A stretch of DNA of 64,000 nucleotides, taken from an uncultured Gammaproteobacteria bacterium. Its GTDB lineage: Bacteria > Pseudomonadota > Gammaproteobacteria > UBA4575. The notes under the pieces are model-generated. The model was not told the DNA's origin. It did not search any database and was given only the letters and a program-made list of their open reading frames with translations. Both the position numbers and the translations under genes were made by a program. Positions 9,594-19,004 of this stretch are shown one piece after another (positions within the stretch are counted from its first letter, which is position 1; each line of letters opens with the position of its first letter). The stretch lies in assembly GCA_963976865.1 (NCBI GenBank), contig CAXBLY010000001.1, positions 580,354 to 644,353 of the forward strand, written 5' to 3'.

Positions 9594-9622
9594 CTGTAAC
9601 AAATGAGTAATAAAGTGCAGCC
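9594..9622 (+). promoter_or_regulatory. candidate Pho box upstream of pstS
   Basis: CTGTAAC aaat GAGTAAT aaag located 50-77 nt upstream of the pstS ATG. The first half-site matches 5/7 of the consensus and shares TGTAACAAA with the phoB upstream site. Confidence 0.35.
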
Positions 9623-9670
9623 TCCATTTCATACAAGCCGGAATAGATACGGCAATTCTTAGGAGAATAA

Positions 9671-10645
9671 ATGAACTTTAAGCATATGACCGCAGCACTC
9701 ACCGCGTTGGTGACAGTGTCTACAAATGTTGCGTTTGCCGAGGCAAAAGTTGATGAAGGTTTGAAAGACTACACTGTGGCAAGTGGTGTATCAGGTAACT
9801 TGTCTAGTGTGGGTTCTGACACCTTAGCCAATCTGATGACACTTTGGGCCGAGGATTACAAGCGCTTCTACCCGAATGTGAACATCCAGATCCAGGCGGC
9901 AGGGTCTTCTACAGCGCCTCCAGGACTGACTGAAGGTACTTCAAACCTGGGCCCTATGAGCCGAAAAATGAAAGATAAGGAAATTGCATCATTCGAAGAA
10001 AAGTACGGCTACAAGCCAACAGCTATTCCTGTGGCAATTGATGCACTGGCAGTATTTGCGCACAAGGATAACCCGATTAAGGGTCTTTCGATTGAGCAGG
10101 TTGATGCCATTTTCTCAAGCACACGCAAGTGTGGAGCTAAAGATACCGTAACCAATTGGGGCGACCTTGGCTTGACAGGTGAGTGGGCACGTAAGGATAT
10201 CCAGTTATTTGGACGTAATTCAGTATCGGGTACTTACGGCTACTTTAAAAAGGTAGGTCTGTGTAAGGGTGATTTCAAATCTACAGTGAACGAGCAACCA
10301 GGTTCAGCCTCAGTGGTACAGTCGGTTACCCAGTCACTGAATGGCATCGGCTACTCAGGAATAGGTTACAAAACCACAGGCGTTCGCGCACTTCCGATTG
10401 CAAAAGGTGGATCTGCCAACTACATAGAAGCGTCACCTGAAGCCGCTATTTCTGGCAAGTACCCGTTAGCTCGCTTTTTGTACGTTTACGTAAACAAGCA
10501 TCCAAATAAGGCGCTATCGCCTTTGGAAGGTGAATTCATTAAGCTGGTACTTTCAAAAGAAGGCCAAAAGGTTGTTGTGAAAGACGGATATATCCCACTA
10601 CCTGCAAAAGTGGCTGAAAAAACTCTGAAATCACTGGGTCTGTAG
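9671..10645 (+). CDS. pstS: phosphate ABC transporter substrate-binding protein PstS
   Basis: Signal peptide, PstS-family periplasmic binding protein ([30 protein letters not shown]). RBS AGGAGA 6 nt upstream. Confidence 0.9.
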   Translation: MNFKHMTAALTALVTVSTNVAFAEAKVDEGLKDYTVASGVSGNLSSVGSDTLANLMTLWAEDYKRFYPNVNIQIQAAGSSTAPPGLTEGTSNLGPMSRKMKDKEIASFEEKYGYKPTAIPVAIDALAVFAHKDNPIKGLSIEQVDAIFSSTRKCGAKDTVTNWGDLGLTGEWARKDIQLFGRNSVSGTYGYFKKVGLCKGDFKSTVNEQPGSASVVQSVTQSLNGIGYSGIGYKTTGVRALPIAKGGSANYIEASPEAAISGKYPLARFLYVYVNKHPNKALSPLEGEFIKLVLSKEGQKVVVKDGYIPLPAKVAEKTLKSLGL

Positions 10646-10683
10646 TATTGCCTGGCGAATAACAGAGAGAGAAGTAGTACCCG

Positions 10684-10719
10684 AGAGCCCTATTAATTAA
10701 TATAGGGCTTTCTTTTTAT
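10684..10719 (+). terminator. rho-independent terminator / attenuator between pstS and pstC
   Basis: GAGAGCCCTAT-taattaat-ATAGGGCTTTC stem-loop followed by TTTTTAT. It probably sets the high pstS:pstCAB expression ratio. Confidence 0.7.
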
Positions 10720-10781
10720 CCAGCTTTAACATTGTTCTTATATAATACCGCCCTACAAATTGACACAGAATAGCTCGGGAA

Positions 10782-13034
10782 ATGGAAGCCAGTAATACTT
10801 CAGATCAGATTGCCAAAGGTCAGCGCAGATGGAAAATTCGTAAATTCGTCGATGTGCTGGCGCGCAGAGTGGTTGAAATAGGTGGCATAAGTGTCATTGC
10901 AGCCATCGCTCTAATCTTTCTATTTCTATTAAGCGTGGTGTATCCGCTTTTTGGGCAACCATCGGTAGATGAGATTGCTCAGTATCAGATATCTGATACT
11001 CAAGACGAAACGCTGTACTTGGCCATAGAAGAACAGGCTGAAATCGCATTGCGAGTCGGCAGTTCGGGCAACATACAATTCTTTAATGTAGAGAATGGCG
11101 AGATAATACTCAGGCGAAAACTGCCCATAGAACCTGGTAATAAAATCACTTCTTTTCGGGTAGCGAATGAAGCAACAGGATTGCTGGTAGCAGGAATGCA
11201 GTCAGGTGAATTGTTGTTCTTCAAACATGATTATGAACTGGAATTTACGGATACCAGCCGCATTATACATCCCGAAATTCTCTATCCTTACGGTGAACAG
11301 TTGTTCAGGGTTGCAAAAGGGCCCGTACTGGATTTTGCAGTTGGAGATAACGAGGATTCTACTGCAGTACTCGTTCGTACGTTGGATGGGAAAATAATAT
11401 TTCAGTCATTCACAAAAGAATCATCTTTTATTGATGAAACAACGACACTTGAATTAGGCGACAGCGATGAAATTCTCACCGTTGATCCTGTGCTCGGTCT
11501 GCTGGTTGATCCAGAGCAGGAGTGGGCCTACATACTGACTCAGGGTGGCGACTTGTCAGCCTACGATATTCGGCAGAATGATTTTCTCTTAAGAGAAAAA
11601 GTAAAAGTCACTGAAGGAGAAGTAAGACCCACATATCTCAAATTCCTAACCGGTGGAATCTCGTTATTAATTGGGGATAGCAGAGGCAAATTATCACAGT
11701 GGTTTCAGGTGCGTAGTGACGGCGAACTTGAATTCAGACTACAAAAGATTCGTGAGACACATATCGATAATTCACCAATAACAAGTCTGGCGACAGAGCA
11801 ACTAAGAAAAGGCGTTATAGCGGCAAGCCAGGCAGGCACGATTAAATTGCTATACACAACCAGTGAACGTGATTTGTTGACGATACCCGCGAGTGACAGT
11901 GCGATTCAGACATTAGCTGTTGCACCCCGCGCAGACATGTTTATTGCGGAAGATAGAAGCAGAACTATCAAGGCCTGGAATATAGACAATCATCACCCGG
12001 AAACATCACTTGCAGCGTTATGGGGGAAGATCTGGTATGAGGATTATGTGAAGCCGGACTACATCTGGCAGTCATCATCAGCCAGTAGCGATTTCGAACC
12101 CAAATACAGTTTAGTACCATTAACCTTTGGTACATTAAAAGCAGCATTTTATGCAATGATGTTTGCCATGCCTCTTGCCATATGCGGTGCAATTTTTACT
12201 GCTTACTTCATGGCACCACCGATGCGCGCAATAGTGAAACCTTCAATTGAAATCATGGAAGCACTGCCAACCGTGATTCTGGGATTCCTGGCGGGTTTAT
12301 GGCTGGCACCTTTTGTTGAATTACATCTGCCCGGCGTATTTAGTATTTTTATATTAATGCCCATAGGAATAATTCTGCTGTCGCTAGTCTGGTGGAAGCT
12401 GCCAGGGAGTACAAAAAGATTCATCCCTGAAGGATGGCAGGCAGCCGCGCTAATAATTCCATTGATTATCATCGCATTGGTATGTGTCAACGTGTCACCC
12501 TATGTGGAACGAGTGTTTTTTGATGGGAATGTACGCATATGGCTGAGTGAAGAACTTGGTATTGGTTTTGATCAGCGCAATGCATTAATTATTGGAATCG
12601 CGATGGGCTTTGCCGTGATACCAACAATATTTTCAATTGCGGAAGATGCCATTTTCAGTGTGCCAAAACATCTTACATCGGGTTCTCTGGCATTAGGTGC
12701 AACACCCTGGCAAACCTTGACACGGATCGTATTGCTATCCGCCAGCCCGGGTATTTTCTCGGCGGTTATGATCGGATTTGGTCGTGCGGTGGGTGAAACA
12801 ATGATAGTGCTGATGGCAACAGGTAACACGCCAGTGATGGACTTTAGTATCTTTCAGGGCATGCGTACATTGTCAGCGAACATTGCCGTTGAATTGCCTG
12901 AATCGGAAGTGGACAGTACGCACTATCGAATATTATTTTTAGCGGCATTTGTTTTGTTTATTTTTACTTTCTTTTTCAATACGGTGGCAGAAATAGTGCG
13001 TCAGCGGTTAAGAAAGAAATACAGTAGCTTATAA
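10782..13034 (+). CDS. pstC: phosphate ABC transporter permease PstC, long form (750 aa) with an N-terminal extension of about 430 aa
   Basis: The C-terminal third carries the BPD_transp_1 permease core (EAA-like loop region). The N-terminus has one TM helix followed by a large extracytoplasmic domain, as in Pseudomonas PstC (677 aa). Confidence 0.88.
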   Translation: MEASNTSDQIAKGQRRWKIRKFVDVLARRVVEIGGISVIAAIALIFLFLLSVVYPLFGQPSVDEIAQYQISDTQDETLYLAIEEQAEIALRVGSSGNIQFFNVENGEIILRRKLPIEPGNKITSFRVANEATGLLVAGMQSGELLFFKHDYELEFTDTSRIIHPEILYPYGEQLFRVAKGPVLDFAVGDNEDSTAVLVRTLDGKIIFQSFTKESSFIDETTTLELGDSDEILTVDPVLGLLVDPEQEWAYILTQGGDLSAYDIRQNDFLLREKVKVTEGEVRPTYLKFLTGGISLLIGDSRGKLSQWFQVRSDGELEFRLQKIRETHIDNSPITSLATEQLRKGVIAASQAGTIKLLYTTSERDLLTIPASDSAIQTLAVAPRADMFIAEDRSRTIKAWNIDNHHPETSLAALWGKIWYEDYVKPDYIWQSSSASSDFEPKYSLVPLTFGTLKAAFYAMMFAMPLAICGAIFTAYFMAPPMRAIVKPSIEIMEALPTVILGFLAGLWLAPFVELHLPGVFSIFILMPIGIILLSLVWWKLPGSTKRFIPEGWQAAALIIPLIIIALVCVNVSPYVERVFFDGNVRIWLSEELGIGFDQRNALIIGIAMGFAVIPTIFSIAEDAIFSVPKHLTSGSLALGATPWQTLTRIVLLSASPGIFSAVMIGFGRAVGETMIVLMATGNTPVMDFSIFQGMRTLSANIAVELPESEVDSTHYRILFLAAFVLFIFTFFFNTVAEIVRQRLRKKYSSL

Positions 13035-13039
13035 CTATT

Positions 13040-14704
13040 ATGAATACAGAAAAGCTGGGTTTTTTTAAAAGCGGCACACCTTGGGTATGGTTAAACGCCG
13101 GTGCTGTATCGATCAGTATGATAATGGTCATCGGCTTGTTGATATTGATAGCAGCGAAAGGCCTTGGTCATTTTTGGCCGAAAACAATCTGGGAAATCGA
13201 TTACCAGGAAGGTGATAAGCAGATCGTGCTGTTAGGTGAGCGGGCAAAAACGGAATCAGTGCCTGCAAAACAGCTTGTGGCATCGGGTCTGCATGTTGAG
13301 TTTGAAGAAGAGTTCGTAGAAAGAACAATGCTTAAAATCGGCAACCGTGAAATGTATGGAGTGGATTTCAAGCTTATTGTTAAACCATCTGAAAACGAGG
13401 TTCGCAAGCCCGTCGATGCCATTGTGTTCGAGCGCACTCAGTGGGGTAATTTTTACGGGTATCTGAAGTCTATTAGTGAAAATGGCAGCACAATTGATAT
13501 TGACCCGGATAATTTATGGAATGAATTACAGGAACGCTTAAAGCGAGTTGAAGACTTGCGTGATGAGATTCATGAAATAGAAAAGTTTGATATTGGAAAG
13601 ATCAATTACAAGATTGAAGACTTGCGTCTGAGAGAGCGTCGGATAGAACTGAGTGGCATCAGCGATCCTGCCATTATTGCCGATATCAGCGCTGAACGTA
13701 ATATTCTGAATGATAAGTATGAAGTATTAAAAACGGAACTGGCAAAGTTATATACCCAGATAGCACGTGATCAGGCATTGATGACAATACAAAATGGCCA
13801 GGAGAAGCTGATCAAGCTGGCAGATATTGTTAAAGCAAGTAAGCCCAATGCGATGAGTATATGGACTAAAATCGCACATTACTTTGTCAACCTGAAAGAT
13901 TTTATAGCCGATGATCCACGAGAAGCGAATACTGAAGGAGGCATATTTCCAGCAATATTTGGTACAGTCATGATGGTGTTGCTAATGTCTGTCATCGTGA
14001 CACCTTTTGGAGTAATCGCTGCAATTTATTTGCGTGAATATGCTAAACAGGGATTTATTACAAGACTGGTAAGGATCTCTGTGAATAACCTGGCGGGTGT
14101 TCCATCGATTGTATATGGGGTGTTTGGTCTGGGGTTCTTTGTATATTTTCTGGGGGGGAATATAGATCAGTTATTTTACCCTGAAGCTTTACCCTCGCCG
14201 ACGTTTGGATCAGGCGGGATATTATGGGCATCACTCACCTTGGCATTGCTGACAGTGCCCGTAGTTATCGTGGCTACCGAAGAAGGCCTGTCAAGAATAC
14301 CAAGTTCTGTGAGAGAAGGTTCGCTGGCTTTGGGGGCAACCAAAGCGGAAACGCTGTGGCGCACCGTGATACCTATGGCAAGTCCTGCAATGATGACAGG
14401 TCTTATTCTGGCAGTCGCGCGTGCAGCAGGAGAAGTTGCACCATTAATGCTGGTTGGTGCAGTCAAACTGGCGCCGTCTTTACCGCTTGATTTGAATGCT
14501 CCGTTTTTGCATCTGGAAAGAAAGTTCATGCATTTGGGTTTTCACATTTATGATGTTGGTTTCCAGAGTCCCAACGTTGAAGCGGCGCGTCCACTGGTGT
14601 TTGCAACGGCGTTAATTCTTGTCCTAGTAATAATATTACTAAACCTGTCTGCCATATATATCCGTAATCATTTGCGGGAAAAATATCGCACCATGGAACA
14701 TTAA
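13040..14704 (+). CDS. pstA: phosphate ABC transporter permease PstA, long form (554 aa)
   Basis: C-terminal ABC permease domain ([38 protein letters not shown]) with an N-terminal TM plus a coiled-coil-rich extension, comparable to Pseudomonas PstA (556 aa). Confidence 0.88.
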   Translation: MNTEKLGFFKSGTPWVWLNAGAVSISMIMVIGLLILIAAKGLGHFWPKTIWEIDYQEGDKQIVLLGERAKTESVPAKQLVASGLHVEFEEEFVERTMLKIGNREMYGVDFKLIVKPSENEVRKPVDAIVFERTQWGNFYGYLKSISENGSTIDIDPDNLWNELQERLKRVEDLRDEIHEIEKFDIGKINYKIEDLRLRERRIELSGISDPAIIADISAERNILNDKYEVLKTELAKLYTQIARDQALMTIQNGQEKLIKLADIVKASKPNAMSIWTKIAHYFVNLKDFIADDPREANTEGGIFPAIFGTVMMVLLMSVIVTPFGVIAAIYLREYAKQGFITRLVRISVNNLAGVPSIVYGVFGLGFFVYFLGGNIDQLFYPEALPSPTFGSGGILWASLTLALLTVPVVIVATEEGLSRIPSSVREGSLALGATKAETLWRTVIPMASPAMMTGLILAVARAAGEVAPLMLVGAVKLAPSLPLDLNAPFLHLERKFMHLGFHIYDVGFQSPNVEAARPLVFATALILVLVIILLNLSAIYIRNHLREKYRTMEH

Positions 14705-14735
14705 TATAAATTGTATAATATCAGGCAATAAACAT

Positions 14736-15557
14736 ATGACTATTGATACCCCAGTATCCGATCAGGTCTTCCACGGGAAGGAATCAAGAAAGATCGAAGA
14801 CGAAGAGGTTTGTATACAATGCAAGGACTTTTCACTTTTCTATGGTGAGAAGCAGGCACTGTTTGATGTAAATATGAGCATCCCAACAAACCGTGTCACA
14901 GCATTTATCGGTCCTAGTGGATGTGGTAAATCAACACTGCTTCGTTGCATGAATCGAATGAATGACCTCGTGGATGGTGTCACCCTTAAAGGTGAAATGT
15001 TATTAAGAGGCGAAGACGTTTATGACAGAAGTGTCAACGTTACTGATTTGCGCAGAAGAGTGGGAATGGTATTCCAGAAACCCAACCCGTTCCCGAAAAC
15101 TATTTTTGAAAATGTAGCATATGGCCTGCGCCTGCAAAACGTCTCAAATAAAAGAGAAATTGAAGACCGTGTTGAATGGTCGTTAAAACAGGCAGCATTA
15201 TGGGATGAAGTCGGTAATCGACTACAGGATAATGCGTTTGCGTTATCAGGCGGACAACAACAGCGTCTGGTGATAGCCAGAGCGATAGCTATTCAGCCCG
15301 AAGTGCTATTGCTGGATGAACCTGCATCAGCACTGGATCCGATATCGACGTTTAAAATTGAAGAGCTGATTTATGAACTCAAGTCACAATATACGGTGGT
15401 TATTGTGACACATAATATGCAACAGGCGGCGCGGGTGTCAGATTATACTGCTTTCTTGTATCTTGGAGAGGTAATTGAATTTGATGCTACGGATCAGTTG
15501 TTTACAAATCCAGTGGAAAAAAAGACAGAGGACTATATTACAGGACGTTATGGATAG
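14736..15557 (+). CDS. pstB: phosphate import ATP-binding protein PstB
   Basis: Walker [13 protein letters not shown] signature LSGGQQQRL, Walker [12 protein letters not shown], with the PstB-specific N-terminus. Confidence 0.95.
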   Translation: MTIDTPVSDQVFHGKESRKIEDEEVCIQCKDFSLFYGEKQALFDVNMSIPTNRVTAFIGPSGCGKSTLLRCMNRMNDLVDGVTLKGEMLLRGEDVYDRSVNVTDLRRRVGMVFQKPNPFPKTIFENVAYGLRLQNVSNKREIEDRVEWSLKQAALWDEVGNRLQDNAFALSGGQQQRLVIARAIAIQPEVLLLDEPASALDPISTFKIEELIYELKSQYTVVIVTHNMQQAARVSDYTAFLYLGEVIEFDATDQLFTNPVEKKTEDYITGRYG

Positions 15558-15580
15558 GTGGTGGAAATAAATTAATAAAA

Positions 15581-15611
15581 TGTATATACAAAGCATGCAA
15601 ATGTATATACA
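15581..15611. promoter_or_regulatory. two copies of the perfect 10-bp palindrome TGTATATACA (21 bp centre to centre) in the pstB-phoU spacer
   Basis: AATGTATATACAA agcatgc AATGTATATACAA, also containing a GCATGC palindrome. Positioned about 35-65 nt upstream of the phoU ATG (RBS GAGGT). Confidence 0.4.
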
Positions 15612-15645
15612 ATGTATTTAAATATCATTTTGAGGTCATACTGCC

Positions 15646-16365
15646 ATGTCAATACAAAATTTTGGACAACATATACTGCACCAATTCGATGAGGACCTCG
15701 AGTCAACTCGAAATAAAGTCCTCAATATGGGTGGGCTTGTTGAAAAACAAGTTGAGAATAGCCTGCTAGCCCTGGTCAATTCAGATAGCAGCCTGGCTGA
15801 AAAAGTCGCAACAAGCGATTACCAGGTAAACTCCATGGAAGTAGCAATTGATGAAGAATGTAATCACATCATTGCCTTACGTCAGCCAGCCGCAGGTGAT
15901 TTACGCCTGGTCGTCGCTATTATTAAAACAATTACAGATCTTGAAAGAATAGGTGACGAAGCGGAAAAAATTGGCCGTTATGCCGTGGAACTGGCAACAG
16001 AAGAACGCAATGAAATGTATTTTTCAGAGCTTAAGCTTTTGGGCGACCAGGTTAAGACGATATTACGTGAATCCCTGGATGCTTTTGCACGCATGGATGT
16101 TGCCAGTGCCTTTAAAACGGCCGCAACTGACAAAGCTATCAACCAGGAATACGACGTGATCATGCGCAAGCTGATCAAATCCATGTCTGAAGATCGTTCC
16201 TCCGTCGAGCGAGGTTTAAAAGTCATGTGGTGCGCTCGTGCATTAGAGCGAATTGGTGATCATGCCAAGAATATCTGTGAATACGTGATCTTTACTGTTG
16301 AAGGCAAGGATGTTCGTCACACCAGTTTTCAACAGGCACTGGATGAATTTCAGGGTAAATCCTGA
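15646..16365 (+). CDS. phoU: phosphate signalling complex protein PhoU
   Basis: Two PhoU repeats (LRLVVAIIKTITDLERIGDEAEKI and KVMWCARALERIGDHAKNICE), 239 aa, last gene of the pst operon. Confidence 0.9.
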   Translation: MSIQNFGQHILHQFDEDLESTRNKVLNMGGLVEKQVENSLLALVNSDSSLAEKVATSDYQVNSMEVAIDEECNHIIALRQPAAGDLRLVVAIIKTITDLERIGDEAEKIGRYAVELATEERNEMYFSELKLLGDQVKTILRESLDAFARMDVASAFKTAATDKAINQEYDVIMRKLIKSMSEDRSSVERGLKVMWCARALERIGDHAKNICEYVIFTVEGKDVRHTSFQQALDEFQGKS

Positions 16366-16398
16366 TTAATTATAGATAATAAAACATATCACCATAAA

Positions 16399-16431
16399 AA
16401 AAGCCCCGCATAATAAGCGGGGCTTTTTTTA
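16399..16431. terminator. bidirectional rho-independent terminator
   Basis: AAAAAAAGCCCCGC-ataataa-GCGGGGCTTTTTTT, with an A-run upstream and a T-run downstream. It serves phoU (plus) and the convergent minus-strand genes. Confidence 0.9.
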
Positions 16432-16445
16432 TGGTTATTTAGCTA

Positions 16446-16526
16446 TTAGACAAATACAAATGCCATTACAAGTGCAATCACGACAACGGCAACACCGACT
16501 AATAGTGCAGGAACATCATAGTTCAT
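16446..16526 (-). CDS. putative 26-aa single-TM small protein (MNYDVPALLVGVAVVVIALVMAFVFV)
   Basis: ATG preceded by GGAG 5 nt upstream, with a TATAAT-like box about 25 nt further upstream. Entirely hydrophobic after MNYDVP, and it ends at the bidirectional terminator. Not in the ORF track (<60 aa). Confidence 0.35.
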   Translation of the reverse strand: MNYDVPALLVGVAVVVIALVMAFVFV

Positions 16527-16650
16527 TGGAACTCCAGTAAATTTTATTATAGTTAGCAGCTAAGTATTGTAACTGAGATTATATTGACTAACTGAGATAC
16601 GTACAACTGTTATGCATACACCAGTGATATTTTGCTAAGCAATTGAATAA

Positions 16651-17442
16651 TCAGCCATTTTTAAATCGGGCAGGCTTTATATCCAAATTCTCAATAAACT
16701 GGCGTGTCACACCAAGCTTTTCAGCTGTCATTACCCGAATAGCTGTCAGTGTGTATTCAGGATACTCATCTGCCAGTGAACTTGCGACTTCATAGCATCT
16801 CACTGCCAGATTTTTATCTTCAAGTCCTGCTTCTTCTGCAAGCTTTTTGATGACGACATTCTCAGTTTGAGTGTCGTTATTTTTATTATTGTTTCCGGCT
16901 TTTTTAGCCGACTCATTCTTCGCAGGTCTGGCGGGTGCGCTATTGGTTGATTTGGCTTGTTGTTTGGGAGCCGTTGGTGCAGCAGCAGGCGCCGGTTTTT
17001 TTGCTTCAGGCGTTGCAGCTTGTGCTTTGGGTTTGGGGACTGATTGCAAGATGGCACTTTGTGATGCTTTCTGCTCTGCATTCGATACTTTCCACATATG
17101 CTCCATAATTTGTATGGCGCTTAATGTGGCAGTTGCAGTTAATCCTTTTGGAATGGCAGCGAGTACAATCTTCAGGTGGATTAACATAGACAGACGATGC
17201 CACTGGGGAGAGTCTATTTCGGCCTTGCTGAATCTGTCTCGCAATATTTTAATGTCATTAAGGTCACCACCAGTATTTTCAATCTCGCTTTCGACTAAAG
17301 TTTCGATATTAGCCAGTAACTGATGCAGGTCAGTGTAACTGCTTTGGTCATGCGTGCGAAATTCATCAAATCGAACAGCCCAATCAATTGAATACAGCTC
17401 TTGTGTAAGCGGACTGGTTTCCATGCTTGTGTTATTTTCCAT
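16651..17442 (-). CDS. hypothetical protein (263 aa) with Pro/Ala/Lys-rich low-complexity linker; paralog of the upstream gene
   Basis: Long ORF with a good coding look. Central KPAPAAAPTAPKQQAK low-complexity stretch. The C-terminal approx 40 aa (YPEYTLTAIRVMTAEKLGVTRQFIENLDIKP) and the N-terminal IDW region are shared with the adjacent 189-aa ORF. No recognisable family. Confidence 0.6.
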   Translation of the reverse strand: MENNTSMETSPLTQELYSIDWAVRFDEFRTHDQSSYTDLHQLLANIETLVESEIENTGGDLNDIKILRDRFSKAEIDSPQWHRLSMLIHLKIVLAAIPKGLTATATLSAIQIMEHMWKVSNAEQKASQSAILQSVPKPKAQAATPEAKKPAPAAAPTAPKQQAKSTNSAPARPAKNESAKKAGNNNKNNDTQTENVVIKKLAEEAGLEDKNLAVRCYEVASSLADEYPEYTLTAIRVMTAEKLGVTRQFIENLDIKPARFKNG

Positions 17443-17449
17443 ATTGTTA

Positions 17450-18019
17450 TTATTCTGGTCGAATGTCTAAATCGTCCAGGCGTTGCTTGCTGACATTGAG
17501 TTTGTTTGAAAGTAGCAGACGTAAAGCGTTAACTGTGCAATGTGGATATTTTTTCTTAAGCGCATTGATAGCAGCACTGTATGTTTCAATTTCCAGCTCA
17601 TTGTTGTTGGCTTTACTTAATATGTCTTCTACAGATTTTTGATCTTTTAAAAGCTGTTCGCGATCCTGTGCAAAGTAACCTTGCCAGCGAAAATCAGCTA
17701 ACAGGAATCCCAGCAAAATAGTCGTAGCCTGATCACCGCTTTCAAGTGCGGAACGTAACGTGAATGACTGTAGTAAACTGTTCCCTGCATACCAGGCACT
17801 GGAGCCTTCTTCTATCGTGTCCAGCCTGGCTTGTAATGCATTAATCTCAGTAGGTAGACCCGCATCTTTTAAGATGTGGTGCGCCCATCTGTCGACTTCT
17901 TTTAGACTTGAATGTAACGTGTCTGCACTCGGGTCGAAATGATCTTCAACCTGCTTGAGTGTCGCTAGTGGGTCTGAGTCTTTTATACTTGGCCAATCAA
18001 TTTGTGAGCTAGGCTCCAT
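17450..18019 (-). CDS. hypothetical protein (189 aa), paralog of the downstream 263-aa gene
   Basis: Shares the N-terminal IDW region and the C-terminal motif YPHCTVNALRLLLSNKLNVSKQRLDDLDIRP with the 263-aa neighbour. 8-nt intergenic gap suggests an operon. Confidence 0.6.
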   Translation of the reverse strand: MEPSSQIDWPSIKDSDPLATLKQVEDHFDPSADTLHSSLKEVDRWAHHILKDAGLPTEINALQARLDTIEEGSSAWYAGNSLLQSFTLRSALESGDQATTILLGFLLADFRWQGYFAQDREQLLKDQKSVEDILSKANNNELEIETYSAAINALKKKYPHCTVNALRLLLSNKLNVSKQRLDDLDIRPE

Positions 18020-18231
18020 GTAAAATTCCTGAAAGATTATTCATTTCGAGCATATATACACGAATTGTAAATTCAAAAATGTGATTAGTAGAGCGTGCTC
18101 GGCAATTTTTAGATATAGCTAAATGTTCTGCCGATATATGGTTAAAATTCAGAGATTTACGGATGCGAACTTTCTCACACTGTTTGCTTCTAAGTAATAG
18201 TTCACAAAAATATAATAACTGAGGATAAGTA

Positions 18232-18909
18232 ATGAGTTTGAAACCTATCACAATATTTGCAGTAGCCATGAGTAGCGTATTAACACTGGGAGCATGTTCA
18301 ACAATCAATCCGTACACAGGAGAACAGCAAACAAGCAAAGCAGTAAAAGGGGCAGGAATAGGCGCAGCCGCGGGAGCGGTCGTAGGTTTGATTAGCGGTG
18401 ATAATGGTCGAGAGCGTAGAAAGAGAGCGTTAATTGGCGCCGGTGTAGGTGCGATCGCAGGTGGTAGCGTGGGCTACTACATGGATGTACAGGAAGCCAA
18501 ACTTCGCCAGAAACTGGCAGGCACGGGTGTTAGCGTAACGCGTGATGGGGACAACATTATTCTGAATATGCCCAGCAATATCACATTTGGTGTGGATAGT
18601 GCGGATATCAGCAGTGACTTCTATCAAGTACTTGATTCTGTCACTATCGTGGTGAAAGAATACGATAAAACACTCATAGAAGTGATGGGACATACAGATA
18701 GCACAGGTTCTGAGCAACATAATCAGTTGCTATCAGAGAGAAGAGCAAGAAGCGTGAAGGATTACTTTTCCAGTCGAGAGGTGAATCCAGGCCGATTGCA
18801 GGAATACGGCTACGGGGAAGGTTATCCGGTTGCCAGTAACGACACGGCACAGGGTCGTGCACAAAATCGTCGGGTAGAAATAGCCCTGGTGCCCATTACC
18901 AGCAGTTAA
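18232..18909 (+). CDS. OmpA-family lipoprotein with N-terminal glycine-zipper (YiaD-like)
   Basis: Lipobox LTLGAC, Gly-zipper GAGIGAAAGAVVGLISG / GAGVGAIAGGSVG, and a C-terminal OmpA_C domain (NRRVEIALVP). RBS GAGGA upstream. Confidence 0.82.
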   Translation: MSLKPITIFAVAMSSVLTLGACSTINPYTGEQQTSKAVKGAGIGAAAGAVVGLISGDNGRERRKRALIGAGVGAIAGGSVGYYMDVQEAKLRQKLAGTGVSVTRDGDNIILNMPSNITFGVDSADISSDFYQVLDSVTIVVKEYDKTLIEVMGHTDSTGSEQHNQLLSERRARSVKDYFSSREVNPGRLQEYGYGEGYPVASNDTAQGRAQNRRVEIALVPITSS

Positions 18910-18937
18910 AGCACAACCCAATTTTATTGCAGACATA

Positions 18938-18970
18938 AAAGGCTCTGGCAATTGTCAGGGCCTTTTGTTT
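18938..18970 (+). terminator. rho-independent terminator after the OmpA-family gene
   Basis: AAAGGCUCUG-gcaauugu-CAGGGCCUUU, a 10-bp stem with one G-U wobble, then UUGUUU. Confidence 0.6.
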
Positions 18971-19004
18971 GAATGCTGAATTATTTGATTAACCGTAAAA
19001 TTAC

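Noticed and set aside
16871-17323. 150-aa plus-strand ORF (Ala/Gly-rich) antisense to the 263-aa gene
   Set aside because: It is the mirror image of the Pro/Ala/Lys-rich low-complexity linker of the minus-strand gene, has no RBS, and so is a frame artefact.
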